The translations under genes were made by a program, and so were the position numbers. A model generated the notes under the pieces. That model saw only the letters and a list, made by a program, of their open reading frames with translations. It had not been told where the DNA came from and did no database searches. DNA of 64,000 nt from Desulfobacterales bacterium (lineage in GTDB: Bacteria > Desulfobacterota > Desulfobacteria > Desulfobacterales > UBA2174), in NCBI GenBank assembly GCA_963668645.2, contig CAXXWC010000021.1, forward strand, positions 1,504,001-1,568,000, written 5' to 3'. Numbering within the stretch: the first letter of the stretch is position 1; each line of letters opens with the position of its first letter. Shown in pieces: positions 1 through 9,631 of the stretch.

Positions 1-1520
1 TCGGCGACCACGGTGATCTGCTCGATGTAAAGATCGGCACCGATCATGGCCTCGATGTGCTGGGGGGCGACATATTTCCCACCCGAAGTCTTCATCAGGT
101 CCTTGATCCGGTCGGTGATGCGCAGTTCGCCGTTGGACTCGAAGCGACCGGTGTCGCCGGTCTTGAACCAACCGTCCTCGAAAACGGCCGCGGTTTCCTC
201 GGGATTCTTGTAGTAGCCTTTCATCACGATCGGCCCGCGCACCAGGACTTCGTCGTTCCTGCCGATCCTGACCGCCACCCCGGGCATGGGCTTGCCCACC
301 AACCCGAACCGGTAACCGCTCGCCTCGTGGCAGGTGACAGTGGCCGTGGTCTCGCTCAGGCCGTAGCCGTACCAGATGAAAAGGCCTGCGGCATGGAAAA
401 AGGCCTCGATCTCCTCTCCCAGCGGAGCACCGGCGCAAGGGAAGAAACGGACCCGGCCGCCCACGATGGCGCGCAGCTTGCTGAGCACCAGCCGATCGGC
501 CAAGGCGTACTTAAGCGCCAGGGCCCGGGAGACGGGCACTTGATCCTTGAGACGGCCGTTGCGCTCCCGGCCCACGTCGATGGCCCAGGCAAAAAGTTTG
601 CGTTTGGCCGGGGAAGCCGACTCCAAACGTTGCATGATCGTGGCGTAGATCTTCTCGTAAAAGCGCGGTACCGCGCACATGATGGTCGGCTTGGCCTCCT
701 GGATGAAGTCGACGATCTGCCGGGGATCCTCCAGATAGGTATTAACCACCCCCTTGTAGAGGAGATAATAAGTCCAGGTCCGCTCGAAAACATGTGACAG
801 GGGCAGAAAGCAGAGCGACTCGTCGTCCGGACCGATTGGAAGCAACCGCCGGTCGTGGGAAACGGCAGTGAAAAGCACGTTGGCGTGGGTCAGCATGACC
901 CCCTTGGGTTCACCGGTAGTACCTGACGTGTAAATCAGGGTGAGCAGGTCCTCGCTGGAAGCGCGCTCCAGGCGTCTTTCGATCTCCCGGTCCAGCTCCG
1001 CATCTTCGGTGCGGCGCAAAAAGTCCGGCCAGGATATGGCCCCGGGCAGGCCCTTCAGGTCGATGGCCTCGTCCATGGCGATGATGTACCGCAGCGGTCC
1101 GCCGTTTTGCAGCAGGGGTGCGGCCTTGTCGAACTGCTCCTGGGCACCGGCGAAAAGAATCCGGGCTCCGGAATGGTTGACAATGTACGCGGCCTGCCTG
1201 GGGGTACTGGTGGGATAAATGTAGACCGGCACGGCCCGGATGCTCAGGGCCGCCACATCGGCGATGGTGCACTCGGGCTTGTTGGGCGAAAAGATGCCGA
1301 CCATCTCGGCCTCTTCGACCCCCAAATCAATCAGTCCTCGGGCAACCGCCTGCATCCTGCGGCCAAGTTCGTTCCAGTCGATTTCGATCCACCGACCGTT
1401 ACGGCGCGCGCGCATGGCGGTCCTGGGGCCAAAACGCCGGATGTTTTGACGCACCAAAACCGCCAAATTGTTTGCAGTGGGGATCTCTAAAGGATTCTCC
1501 GGCAGGGCGGAAGCATTCAT
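1..1520 (-). CDS. Long-chain-fatty-acid--CoA ligase (AMP-dependent synthetase), 3' end runs off the window
   Basis: Absent from the ORF track. Translated by hand from ATG 1520 (GGAG RBS upstream): MNASALPENPLEIPTANNLAVLVRQNIRRFGPRTAM..., with AMP-binding motif LIYTSGTTGEPKGVMLTH, GYGLSET and GWFKTGDTG. Confidence 0.93.
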   Translation of the reverse strand, partial: MNASALPENPLEIPTANNLAVLVRQNIRRFGPRTAMRARRNGRWIEIDWNELGRRMQAVARGLIDLGVEEAEMVGIFSPNKPECTIADVAALSIRAVPVYIYPTSTPRQAAYIVNHSGARILFAGAQEQFDKAAPLLQNGGPLRYIIAMDEAIDLKGLPGAISWPDFLRRTEDAELDREIERRLERASSEDLLTLIYTSGTTGEPKGVMLTHANVLFTAVSHDRRLLPIGPDDESLCFLPLSHVFERTWTYYLLYKGVVNTYLEDPRQIVDFIQEAKPTIMCAVPRFYEKIYATIMQRLESASPAKRKLFAWAIDVGRERNGRLKDQVPVSRALALKYALADRLVLSKLRAIVGGRVRFFPCAGAPLGEEIEAFFHAAGLFIWYGYGLSETTATVTCHEASGYRFGLVGKPMPGVAVRIGRNDEVLVRGPIVMKGYYKNPEETAAVFEDGWFKTGDTGRFESNGELRITDRIKDLMKTSGGKYVAPQHIEAMIGADLYIEQITVVA

Positions 1521-1669
1521 TATAGCTGCTCCGTTGTTTAGCGGTAAAAACCCCTGGCCTCCGCCCTTCCCCATCCGGCACCGCGGCCGAGAGCCTTAGC
1601 GCCGAGGGGATGGCGGGCGCCGGGCCGGTCGAGAGCTCGAAAAGCGCTCGACAGCCCAAGTAAAAGCTA

Positions 1670-1698
1670 AAGATAGCCGAAACGCAAAAGCCCGGCAA
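1670..1698 (-). promoter_or_regulatory. Putative sigma70 promoter for the acyl-CoA ligase
   Basis: Minus strand TTGCCG-N17-TATCTT, about 150 nt upstream of ATG 1520. Confidence 0.45.
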
Positions 1699-1807
1699 GC
1701 GCTATCAACAGAAAAGCGGGCGATCATGGCATGAGGATCGAGGCGCCATGGGAAAAGCGGGTTCGTCGGTGTTCCCTCGCCGGCAATGTTGCTGTATCCG
1801 AGCGGGC

Positions 1808-3466
1808 TTATGGCTGGGCCTGGCGAAGCTCCTTGCGCAGGATCTTGCCCACGGCGCTTTTGGGCAGTTCCCCGATGAAAACGATCCGCTTGGGCACTTT
1901 GTAGGCCGCCAGCTTTTCCTTGCAAAAGGCGATCACCTCGGCCTCGGTGAGGGTCTGGCCTGCCTTGACCACGATGAACGACTTGACGGTCTCACCCCGG
2001 TAAGGATCTGGGACGCCGATGGTGCAGGCCTCGAGGATTTTCGGATGGCTGAACAGGATGTCGTCGATCTCGTTGGGATAAACGTTGTAACCGCTGGCCA
2101 CGATCATGTCCTTTTTGCGGTCCACGATGGAAAGGAATCCGTCTTCGTCGAGGATGCCGATGTCGCCGGTGTGCAGCCATCCGTCGCGCAGGGCCTTTTC
2201 GGTCTCGTCGGGCCGCTTGTGATAACCGGCCATGATCTGGGGCCCCTTGAAACAGATTTCCCCCGGCTCCCCCAGCGCCACCTCAGTGATGCCGGTTTCC
2301 AGATCGACCAGCTTCAGGTCGGTATCCGGCAGCGGCACGCCCACCGTCCCGGGCTTTTTGATCCCTTTCCAGGGACTGGCGGTGGCCATGGGGGTCATTT
2401 CGGTCAGGCCGTAGACGTTGACCATGGCCCCGCCGGTGAGCTTTTCCAGTTGATGGATCACCTCCATGGGCAAAGGCGCGGCCCCGGCCACAAACCCTTT
2501 GATGAAACCGAGATCCATCTTGGCAAAACGCTCGTCAGCCAGCAGGCCCACGTAGATGGTCGGCACCCCGGGGACCAGGGTCGGCTTGGACTTTTGCAAG
2601 ATTTCGATGATCGCTGCAGGTTCGGGGCGCGGCACCAGCACGTCGGTCCAGGCGCTCATCACGCACATGTTCTGGACCCCGGTGAACCCGGCCGAATGGA
2701 AAAAGGGGAAAACGGCCAGTTCGCGCTCCTCGCCGTCTTTGAGACTGTAAAACCAGTGGCGCAACTGCTGGGTGTTGTAGCTCATGTTGCGGTGGGTAAT
2801 CATGGCCCCCTTGCTCACCCCTGTAGTGCCGCCGGTGTAAAGGTGGGCTCCCACGGCGTCCAGTTCGGCCCGGTTTTCCAGGGGGCCTTCATCGCGGCGT
2901 GTCATCAGCTCGGTGAAGGCAACGGTGTCCGGCCGCTTATCGATCTTGCGGTACATCTGCTTTTTGACCAAGGGGAAAAGCTGCTTTTTGGGGAAAGGCA
3001 GATAGTCGTTGATATGGCAGGCCACGATCTTTTCCACCGGCGTTGTCCGGCGCAGTTTGACCGCCCGCGGCTGGAGCAGATCGAGGGTTATCAGAATCCG
3101 GGCGTCGGAGAGATTCAACTGGTGGTCCAGCTCCCGCTCGGTGTAGAGCGGATTGTTCAGGGCGGTCACCGCGCCGATGCGCCAGGCAGCATAATTGGCG
3201 ATCACGAGTTGAGGAATATTGGGCAGAAGCATGGCCACGGTGTCCCCCTTGCGGATGCCCAATTCCGACAAAGCGCGGGCGAAACGGTTCACCAGCCGTT
3301 CCAATTCGCAGTAACGGATGATCTTGCCCATGAAATCCAAGGCCGCATGATCCGGATAACGCTCGGCGCTGCGGGTCAGAAACTCCGGCATGGTCAGATC
3401 GGTATAATCGAGTCGGGCCGGCACCTCGGGTGGGTACTGCCGGTGCCAGATACGGTCGAAACCCAT
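1808..3466 (-). CDS. fadD: Long-chain-fatty-acid--CoA ligase (FadD/LcfA type)
   Basis: 552 aa; YTGGTTGVSKG, YGLTE, GWLHTGDIG, DRKKDMI and LPKSAVGKILR motifs. Confidence 0.93.
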   Translation of the reverse strand: MGFDRIWHRQYPPEVPARLDYTDLTMPEFLTRSAERYPDHAALDFMGKIIRYCELERLVNRFARALSELGIRKGDTVAMLLPNIPQLVIANYAAWRIGAVTALNNPLYTERELDHQLNLSDARILITLDLLQPRAVKLRRTTPVEKIVACHINDYLPFPKKQLFPLVKKQMYRKIDKRPDTVAFTELMTRRDEGPLENRAELDAVGAHLYTGGTTGVSKGAMITHRNMSYNTQQLRHWFYSLKDGEERELAVFPFFHSAGFTGVQNMCVMSAWTDVLVPRPEPAAIIEILQKSKPTLVPGVPTIYVGLLADERFAKMDLGFIKGFVAGAAPLPMEVIHQLEKLTGGAMVNVYGLTEMTPMATASPWKGIKKPGTVGVPLPDTDLKLVDLETGITEVALGEPGEICFKGPQIMAGYHKRPDETEKALRDGWLHTGDIGILDEDGFLSIVDRKKDMIVASGYNVYPNEIDDILFSHPKILEACTIGVPDPYRGETVKSFIVVKAGQTLTEAEVIAFCKEKLAAYKVPKRIVFIGELPKSAVGKILRKELRQAQP

Positions 3467-3523
3467 GGGCGCCTCCGTAGGTAGCAGGTTATGGTGCAGA
3501 AAATGTTTTACTCGGGAAAGGGC

Positions 3524-3552
3524 ACACTACGGCGGGTTGACGGAAGAGTCAA
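3524..3552 (-). promoter_or_regulatory. Putative sigma70 promoter of fadD
   Basis: Minus strand TTGACT-N17-TAGTGT. Confidence 0.5.
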
Positions 3553-3768
3553 TAATCAATTGAACGTTCGTCATAATAAGATCAATGTTTTGATAGATTT
3601 CCGCATCGAGGCGTCATGGCACGCCGCAGCGCGCAGCCGGCCGGTGATAGCCGCTCAATGCACAAGAATCAGCCCAAGGGTTGTCAGCGTCTCGCGTATG
3701 CCCTATAAATCGGCCGGACCCGAAAACACCGCCGAAAAACTTAACCCGCCAACCGGAGGAATATCCCC

Positions 3769-4446
3769 ATGCAGAAAAAACTCATTGCCCCGTCTATCCT
3801 CTCGGCCGACTTCGCCCGCCTGGGCGAGGAGATCAAGGCCGTGCAAGCCGCCGGGGCGGACTGGATCCACGTGGATGTCATGGACGGCCACTTCGTGCCC
3901 AACATCACCATCGGCCCCCTGGTGGTCGAAGCGGCCCGCCGGTCCACCGATCTACCCCTGGACGTGCACCTGATGATCAGTGCCCCGGAACGCTACGTAG
4001 AGGATTTTGTCCGCGCCGGGGCGGATCTGGTCACCGTCCAGGTGGAGGCCTGTGTGCATCTAAACCGCACTTTGCAGATGATCCGGGCCGCCGGGGTGCG
4101 CTGCGGTGCGGTGCTCAACCCGGCCACGCCTCTGGAAAGTCTCGAATGGGTGATCGAAGACCTCGATCTGGTGATGCTGATGAGCGTCAATCCGGGCTTC
4201 GGGGGCCAGTCGTTCATCCCCAGCACACTGGAGCGCATCCGCCGGGTGCGCGAGATGATTGACCGTCGCGGCCTTGCCACCCTCATCGAGGTGGACGGCG
4301 GGGTCAACGCCGGCACTATCGAATCGATCGCTGCGGCCGGCGCCGATGTCTTTGTGGCGGGGTCGGCCATCTTCGGCAGCCCGGATTATGCGGCCACCAT
4401 CTCTGCCCTGCACGAAAAAATCGCGGCGGCAACGGGCCGGGACTGA
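3769..4446 (+). CDS. rpe: Ribulose-phosphate 3-epimerase
   Basis: IAPSILSADF, IHVDVMDGHFVPN, DVHLM, MSVNPGFGGQ and EVDGG motifs; GGAGG RBS. Confidence 0.98.
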   Translation: MQKKLIAPSILSADFARLGEEIKAVQAAGADWIHVDVMDGHFVPNITIGPLVVEAARRSTDLPLDVHLMISAPERYVEDFVRAGADLVTVQVEACVHLNRTLQMIRAAGVRCGAVLNPATPLESLEWVIEDLDLVMLMSVNPGFGGQSFIPSTLERIRRVREMIDRRGLATLIEVDGGVNAGTIESIAAAGADVFVAGSAIFGSPDYAATISALHEKIAAATGRD

Positions 4447-4477
4447 TGCACCCGGCGCGGGATTGCGGTAATCGCAT

Positions 4478-4954
4478 ATGCCCCTTTTCCAAGATGATAC
4501 CTTCCGGCGCAGGGCGGTAGCCCAAGCCCTGGCTATCCTGGCACGGCGTGACCACACCGAGGCCGAACTGATCCGCAAGCTCGGCCAAAAGGGTTTTGAC
4601 CAGGTCACCTGCGCGGCAGCCGTGGCCCGCTGCCGCGAGTTGGGATACCTCGACGACGACCGCACGGCCCGCATGATGGTTGCGGTCTTGCGCCGCCGCG
4701 GTATGGGAGTCCATCGCATCAGATCCGAGCTGCGCAGCAAAGGAGTGCCCCAGCCCACCATCGAAAGCCTGACCGCCCCTGAAGATGAACCTGCCAGGGC
4801 ACTGGAAACGGCCCGGGCGGCCATCGAGCGCAAACGTCCTACCTTTGAACGCGAGTCCGACCCGGCCAAGCGCCGGGCCAAGATCTATCGCTTCCTGCTG
4901 TCGCGCGGCTTCAGCACAGACATCGCACGCCGCCTGGCCGAAGAAGGGTCATAA
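4478..4954 (+). CDS. recX: Regulatory protein RecX
   Basis: ALAILARRDHTEAEL, GYLDD, RIRSELRSKGV and RFLLSRGFS, the RecX three-helix-repeat signature. Confidence 0.9.
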   Translation: MPLFQDDTFRRRAVAQALAILARRDHTEAELIRKLGQKGFDQVTCAAAVARCRELGYLDDDRTARMMVAVLRRRGMGVHRIRSELRSKGVPQPTIESLTAPEDEPARALETARAAIERKRPTFERESDPAKRRAKIYRFLLSRGFSTDIARRLAEEGS

Positions 4955-4966
4955 CACAGTTATCGA

Positions 4967-5017
4967 TTGACAAAACGGTCGCATCCAATTATGAGTAGTT
5001 TATCTGCTCATAATTGG
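4967..5017 (+). promoter_or_regulatory. Promoter with an overlapping palindromic operator upstream of the HTH regulator
   Basis: TTGACA at 4967-4972; perfect 11-bp inverted repeat CCAATTATGAG-N11-CTCATAATTGG at 4985-5017, covering the -10 region and touching the GGAG RBS. Confidence 0.65.
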
Positions 5018-5024
5018 AGCGCCC

Positions 5025-5579
5025 ATGAATACCCTGCTGTCCGGCCTCATCGGGTCCAAGACCCGCATCAAACTGCTGATTCGGTTGTTTCTCAACCCGC
5101 TGGCCGAATCCTACCTGCGCGAACTGGCCGGCGAATTTGCCGTCTCGACCAACGCGGTGCGCGAAGAACTCAACCAGCTCACCAACACCGAGCTTCTGCG
5201 CAGCCGGCGCAACGGGCGCCAGGTCCTCTACTCGGCGAACCCGGACCACCCTCTTTTCCCGGAACTGATCTCCATGGTGCGCAAGGTGGTGGGCATCGAC
5301 CAGGTGATCGAGAGCATCGTCACCCGCCTGGGCGACCTGGAAAAGGCCTATCTCATCGACGACTACGCCCAGGGCAAGGACAGCGGCATCATCGACCTGG
5401 TTCTGGTGGGCGACATCGACGCCTACCATCTCAACGACCTGACGCGCAAAACCGAGCGCTACATCAAACGTAAGATCCGCTCGATGACCGTCACCGGCAA
5501 GGAGTTCGACGGCTTCGCGGCCACTTTGGAAGCCCGCCCCCATGTGCTGCTCTGGGAGGCCAACGGGAAACAAGTTTAA
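5025..5579 (+). CDS. Winged-helix (ArsR-like) regulator fused to a degenerate minimal nucleotidyltransferase domain
   Basis: N-terminal HTH (GSKTRIKLL...YLRELA...AVREELNQL); C-terminal AYLIDDYAQGKDSGIIDLVLVG resembles the MNT GS/DxD region. Confidence 0.8.
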   Translation: MNTLLSGLIGSKTRIKLLIRLFLNPLAESYLRELAGEFAVSTNAVREELNQLTNTELLRSRRNGRQVLYSANPDHPLFPELISMVRKVVGIDQVIESIVTRLGDLEKAYLIDDYAQGKDSGIIDLVLVGDIDAYHLNDLTRKTERYIKRKIRSMTVTGKEFDGFAATLEARPHVLLWEANGKQV

Positions 5580-5794
5580 AATGTTTTTTCTTTAATATTA
5601 ATGTGTTGTAGTCGCTTTGAGGATGTAAGCGAAGCGGCGGAGCCGTATGTTGGGGATAGGGGTGCTTGCATCGTGCAGGGCAAGCGAAAAGGCTTGCAGG
5701 AATTCCCCCGCCAAAAGAGGCGAATTAGCGCTATTATTTCCTTTGAATACGGAAAATAGGCAGATGCATGGCTTACGCTGGACAGAAATAGTGC

Positions 5795-5827
5795 ATGTGG
5801 CTACATATAGAATCAATGGGGCCACAT
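5795..5827 (+). promoter_or_regulatory. Two palindromic boxes, probable antitoxin autoregulatory operator
   Basis: ATGTGGCTACAT (5795-5806) and ATGGGGCCACAT (5816-5827) flank TAGAAT just upstream of the Phd gene. Confidence 0.55.
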
Positions 5828-5845
5828 GCAAAGGGAGACGCAGCC

Positions 5846-6124
5846 ATGATCCATGCGGGGATCAGAGAGGTCAAGAACAACCTGAGTCGCCTTCTCGTAA
5901 AGGTCAAAGCCGGCCAGGAAATCGTGATTACCGAAAGAGGAAGGGCGATTGCGCGTATCGTCAAGGAGTTTCCCCTCGCCGACGATGTCCGCGCGACCTT
6001 ATCACCGTTGATTGAGAGCGGATTGATCGTCTGGCCGCATCGTACACTTCTGAAAGATGACATTTCCCCAGTGAATTCAAAAGGAAAACCGGCATCGGAA
6101 ATGATCTCTGAAGACCGGCGCTGA
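5846..6124 (+). CDS. Phd/YefM family antitoxin
   Basis: AGIREVKNNLSRLLVKVKAGQEIVITERGRAIARI is a typical Phd N-terminus; AGGGAG RBS before ATG 5846; followed by a PIN-domain gene. Confidence 0.88.
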   Translation: MIHAGIREVKNNLSRLLVKVKAGQEIVITERGRAIARIVKEFPLADDVRATLSPLIESGLIVWPHRTLLKDDISPVNSKGKPASEMISEDRR

Positions 6125-6131
6125 TCGTACG

Positions 6132-6560
6132 ATGACTCTGTATCTGGACACGAGTGCATTGGTAAAGCGCTACTTCTTGTAGGAATCTTCCGGCGACGTC
6201 ATCGCCATCTGGCGGTCGGCCGCTCAGGTCGTCACCTCTTTTGTGGCTTACAGCGAGGCGATGGAATGCATCTTCCGCAAACAGAGTGAAGGCGGCCTGG
6301 CGCCGGATACGACAAACGCGATCGTTACCCGGTTTAAAATCGACTGGGAAAGTTTTACCCGAGTGAAGGTGAATGCGGATCTTTGCGGGCATATCGACAA
6401 AGCCCTCGAAGGATATCCCCTCAGGGACTTTGATGCCATCCATCTCGCCTCGGCGCTGGTGATCCAAAAGCGCCTGCCCCACCATTTCATCTTCGCCTGT
6501 TTTGACGACCGGTTCCGCCATGCGGCGGCCTCTGAAGGGCTCGAAACCTTCCCGAAGGCC
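6132..6560 (+). pseudogene. vapC: VapC/PIN-domain toxin with a premature TAG at codon 17
   Basis: ATG 6132 reads MTLYLDTSALVKRYFL*ESSGDV..., in frame with ORF 6243 (LRDFDAIHLASA, FACFDDRF). TAG at 6180-6182. No stop at the expected PIN end, so the end coordinate is approximate. Confidence 0.85.
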
Positions 6561-6623
6561 TTAAGGAACGAACTTGACCACTCTCCTCGGCGAAAACGAT
6601 CCCAACGCTCCCCGGAGCCCCCG

Positions 6624-7107
6624 ATGAACAAAACGCAAGTCCTCGAACAGGTGTTCATGGGAGAAGACTCCCGCAATCAATTCAAAGCGGTCATCGAAAG
6701 CCAGGACATCCTGGCCGCCGGACTCTGTGCTTTGGGCAACACCGACGGCGGCCGGCTATTCATCGGGGTCGATGACCACCGTAAGATCTAAGGTGTTTCC
6801 GATCAGGACCTCACCAGACTCGACCAACATGATCGATTTGTTCGACGACCGGGTCGAGATCGTCAGCCCAGGTAAGCTGCCAAATACGGTCAACGAGACC
6901 AATATCCGTTTTGGCGTGCATATCGAGAGAAACCCAATCATTCTGACTTTCATGTAGAAGATGAAAGACTTCCGTTATACCGGCCGCGGATCGGGCGTCC
7001 TGTGCATGATCAAGGCCTGCCGGGAGACCCAAACGGCGATCAGGTTCATCGACGACGCTCGAAGCGAGCGTTTCACCGTGCGTTTCGAGAGACCCACATC
7101 AAAATGA
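6624..7107 (+). pseudogene. Decayed AlbA_2 (Schlafen-like) / HATPase_c_4 ('RecG-like') gene with an internal deletion
   Basis: N-part GEDSRNQFK...ALGNTDGGRLFIGVDD ends at TAA 6789-6791. After a frame change, C-part FDDRVEIVSPGKLP...RNPII, TAG 6955-6957, then GRGSGV...FTVRFERP, TGA 7107. Far shorter than intact members. Confidence 0.8.
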
Positions 7108-7408
7108 AACGTTAGAAAACAAAGATTCTGGCGCTTGCCTCGAAAGTTCTTGGCCGTTTTCACGTGCTCTTTGTGTATCTTTACGGCAGTCGGGCCTCTG
7201 GTGGGGTGTATCTGTTCAGCGATGTGGCCTCTGTCAACTGTAAATCCGTCATCAATGCCTGTTACCGAGAATGCGCTGCCAGCCAACAGCGCGCCGACTA
7301 AGCTGCAGGCCTTTTTAGGTGTCTGAGGAAACAACTGAATAAAATTTTTATCGCAAAACGATTTTTAACATTTCTGTCAATCTTTAGTTGGTAGGGATGA
7401 TATTACTA

Positions 7409-8251
7409 ATGTCAGTGTCCGATGCTAAAGAACGCATACTTATCATCGAACCAGGGCTTACAGAAAAAAATTACTGGTCCGATATCTGGCGATATCGAGA
7501 ATTATTTATAATACTTGCTTGGAGAGATATTTCAGTCAGATACAAGCAAACAATTATCGGAGTTCTGTGGTCTATATTAAGGCCGTTACTCACAATGCTT
7601 GTATTTACCATTGTTTTCGGAAGCGTTGCCAAACTTCCAACTGACGGAAACTCACCTTACCCGTTGCTTGTCTTCTCTGCCATACTTCCTTGGACTCTTT
7701 TTGCCAACTCATTGTCCGAATCTTCAAACAGCCTGATAGATAACACCAATTTAATCAGCAAAGTGTATTTTCCAAGGCTAATAATTCCTATAGCTACCAT
7801 AGTAACGGCAACGGTCGATTTCCTTTTGAGCTTTGTCATTCTCATCGTGATGATGTGTTTATATCAATTCGTTCCTGATTGGCAGCTCCTTTTATTACCA
7901 GCATTCGTTATTTTAGCCCTACTGGCCAGTATTGGTCCAGGGCTTTGGATTACTGCATTCAATGTAAGATACAGAGATTTTCGGTATATAATTCCATTTG
8001 TAGTCCAGTTCGGTCTCTATATTTCACCGGTAGGATTCAGCAGCAAAGTTATCTCTGAAAAATGGCGCTTTATATATAGCTTAAATCCTATGGTGGGTGT
8101 AATTGATGGCTTCCGCTGGTGTATTCTCGGTGGCGACAGCACGATTTATTTTCCTGGATTCTTCCTTAGCCTCGTCGTTGTTGCTTTTTTCTTATGGTTG
8201 GGAATCTCCCGATTCCGAAAGATGGAAAAAACTTTTGCTGATTTGATTTAA
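7409..8251 (+). CDS. wzm: ABC-2 polysaccharide export permease
   Basis: WRYRELF..LAWRDISVRYKQT..GVLW, LISKVYFPR, YRDFRY and LNPM..VIDGFR motifs; start could instead be 7397. Confidence 0.95.
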   Translation: MSVSDAKERILIIEPGLTEKNYWSDIWRYRELFIILAWRDISVRYKQTIIGVLWSILRPLLTMLVFTIVFGSVAKLPTDGNSPYPLLVFSAILPWTLFANSLSESSNSLIDNTNLISKVYFPRLIIPIATIVTATVDFLLSFVILIVMMCLYQFVPDWQLLLLPAFVILALLASIGPGLWITAFNVRYRDFRYIIPFVVQFGLYISPVGFSSKVISEKWRFIYSLNPMVGVIDGFRWCILGGDSTIYFPGFFLSLVVVAFFLWLGISRFRKMEKTFADLI

Positions 8252-8256
8252 AGAAC

Positions 8257-9561
8257 ATGTCTGACATAGTAATAAAAGCTGAAAGCCTAGGTAAGAAATA
8301 CCGTATTGGCCATATGGCCGAAAGAGTTCCTTACATGGCCTTACGTGATGTGTGGATGCAAAATGCGAAAATTTTTTGGAACAAAACGAAAGATTTGTTT
8401 TCGGGAAAACCCGTTATCCAAGGCGATACGCAGGAAGAAGTATGGGCGATTAGAGATGTGAGCTTTGAGATCCACCGTGGAGAGGCTGTCGGGATTATCG
8501 GGCGCAACGGTGCAGGAAAGAGTACATTGCTCAAAGTCCTTTCCCGCATTACCGAACCTTCCGCCGGTCGCCTGACTATCAAGGGACGAGTGGCAAGTCT
8601 CTTGGAGGTGGGAACTGGATTTCACCCTGAACTCTCAGGTAGAGAGAACATTTATCTGAACGGTACTATTCTAGGGATGACGCGTCTTGAGATAAAACGT
8701 AAGTTCGATGAGATCGTTGCCTTTGCTGATGTTGAAAAATACCTCGACACTCCGGTCAAACGTTACTCATCCGGTATGTATTTGCGGCTTGCCTTTTCTG
8801 TCGCGGCGCATTTGGAGCCAGAGATTTTAGTCGTAGACGAAGTTCTGGCTGTGGGCGACATAGAATTCCAAAAAAAGTGTTTAGGAAAAATGAGCGACGT
8901 GACCAAAGAAGGGCGAACGATTTTATTCGTCAGCCACAATATGGCAGCGATAGCCAAACTTTGCAATCTCGCAATTCTTCTAGAAAGAGGCTTGGTCCGG
9001 GACACTGGCACGGCCTCTGATGTCGTATCCGCCTACCTATCCGGGTCACAGAACCTAAATCCGGTCGTTGAATTCCCTCGCAATTATGATACACCTATTC
9101 AATACATTTCAGCTTCGATTAGAGACATGTCAGGCAGATCATTATCAAAACTACTTGATAGCGACTGGTTTATAATCGATTTGGAAGTAAAAGCCTCTGA
9201 GTTTATTTCGAATGTGTATTTCGGACTAATTTTAAGAAATTCACATGGAATTGATGTTCTTTTTGCGGACAGCAGAGATACTGAAGAAAGTGTTGCGGAA
9301 ATTATTACTCCCGGATTACATTGCTATCGATTGAAATTCCCCTATATTTTCAGTCCAGATACCTACTCTGTTTCTATAGGAATTGGAGACAGGCTTAGTC
9401 TGCATAGTTTTCATAATGTGGAATCTGCATTATCATTTGAAATTGTCCAAAGTCGCAATTTTCAGCGGGCTGCAAAGAGACCAGGTATTATAAATTTATC
9501 TCTATCTTGGGAAGAACATACTAAACATTCTGGCGGCTCTTCACCAACCGATACATCCTAA
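8257..9561 (+). CDS. wzt: ABC polysaccharide export ATPase with a C-terminal Wzt_C-like domain
   Basis: GRNGAGKST, YSSGM and LVVDEVLAVGD motifs, plus a ~170-aa C-terminal extension. Confidence 0.95.
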   Translation: MSDIVIKAESLGKKYRIGHMAERVPYMALRDVWMQNAKIFWNKTKDLFSGKPVIQGDTQEEVWAIRDVSFEIHRGEAVGIIGRNGAGKSTLLKVLSRITEPSAGRLTIKGRVASLLEVGTGFHPELSGRENIYLNGTILGMTRLEIKRKFDEIVAFADVEKYLDTPVKRYSSGMYLRLAFSVAAHLEPEILVVDEVLAVGDIEFQKKCLGKMSDVTKEGRTILFVSHNMAAIAKLCNLAILLERGLVRDTGTASDVVSAYLSGSQNLNPVVEFPRNYDTPIQYISASIRDMSGRSLSKLLDSDWFIIDLEVKASEFISNVYFGLILRNSHGIDVLFADSRDTEESVAEIITPGLHCYRLKFPYIFSPDTYSVSIGIGDRLSLHSFHNVESALSFEIVQSRNFQRAAKRPGIINLSLSWEEHTKHSGGSSPTDTS

Positions 9562-9631
9562 CTAGTCCATTAAACTTACAGACTTAATACTCTCTGAATT
9601 TTCAGTCCTGTAATAAACGACCTCCTTCATT

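Noticed and set aside
3556..3575. TCAATTGAACGTTCGTCATA upstream of fadD as a FadR box
   Set aside because: It shares only the central TGAACG-TC with the consensus, too many mismatches to call.
5640..5682. GAGCCGTATG resembling the start of group II intron domain V
   Set aside because: The complementary 3' arm (CGTACGGTTC-like), domain VI and any reverse transcriptase are missing.
6180..6957. Pyrrolysine or amber read-through at the two in-frame TAG codons
   Set aside because: The same region also has a TAA, a frameshift and a deletion, and no pyl genes are in the window. Ordinary decay explains it.
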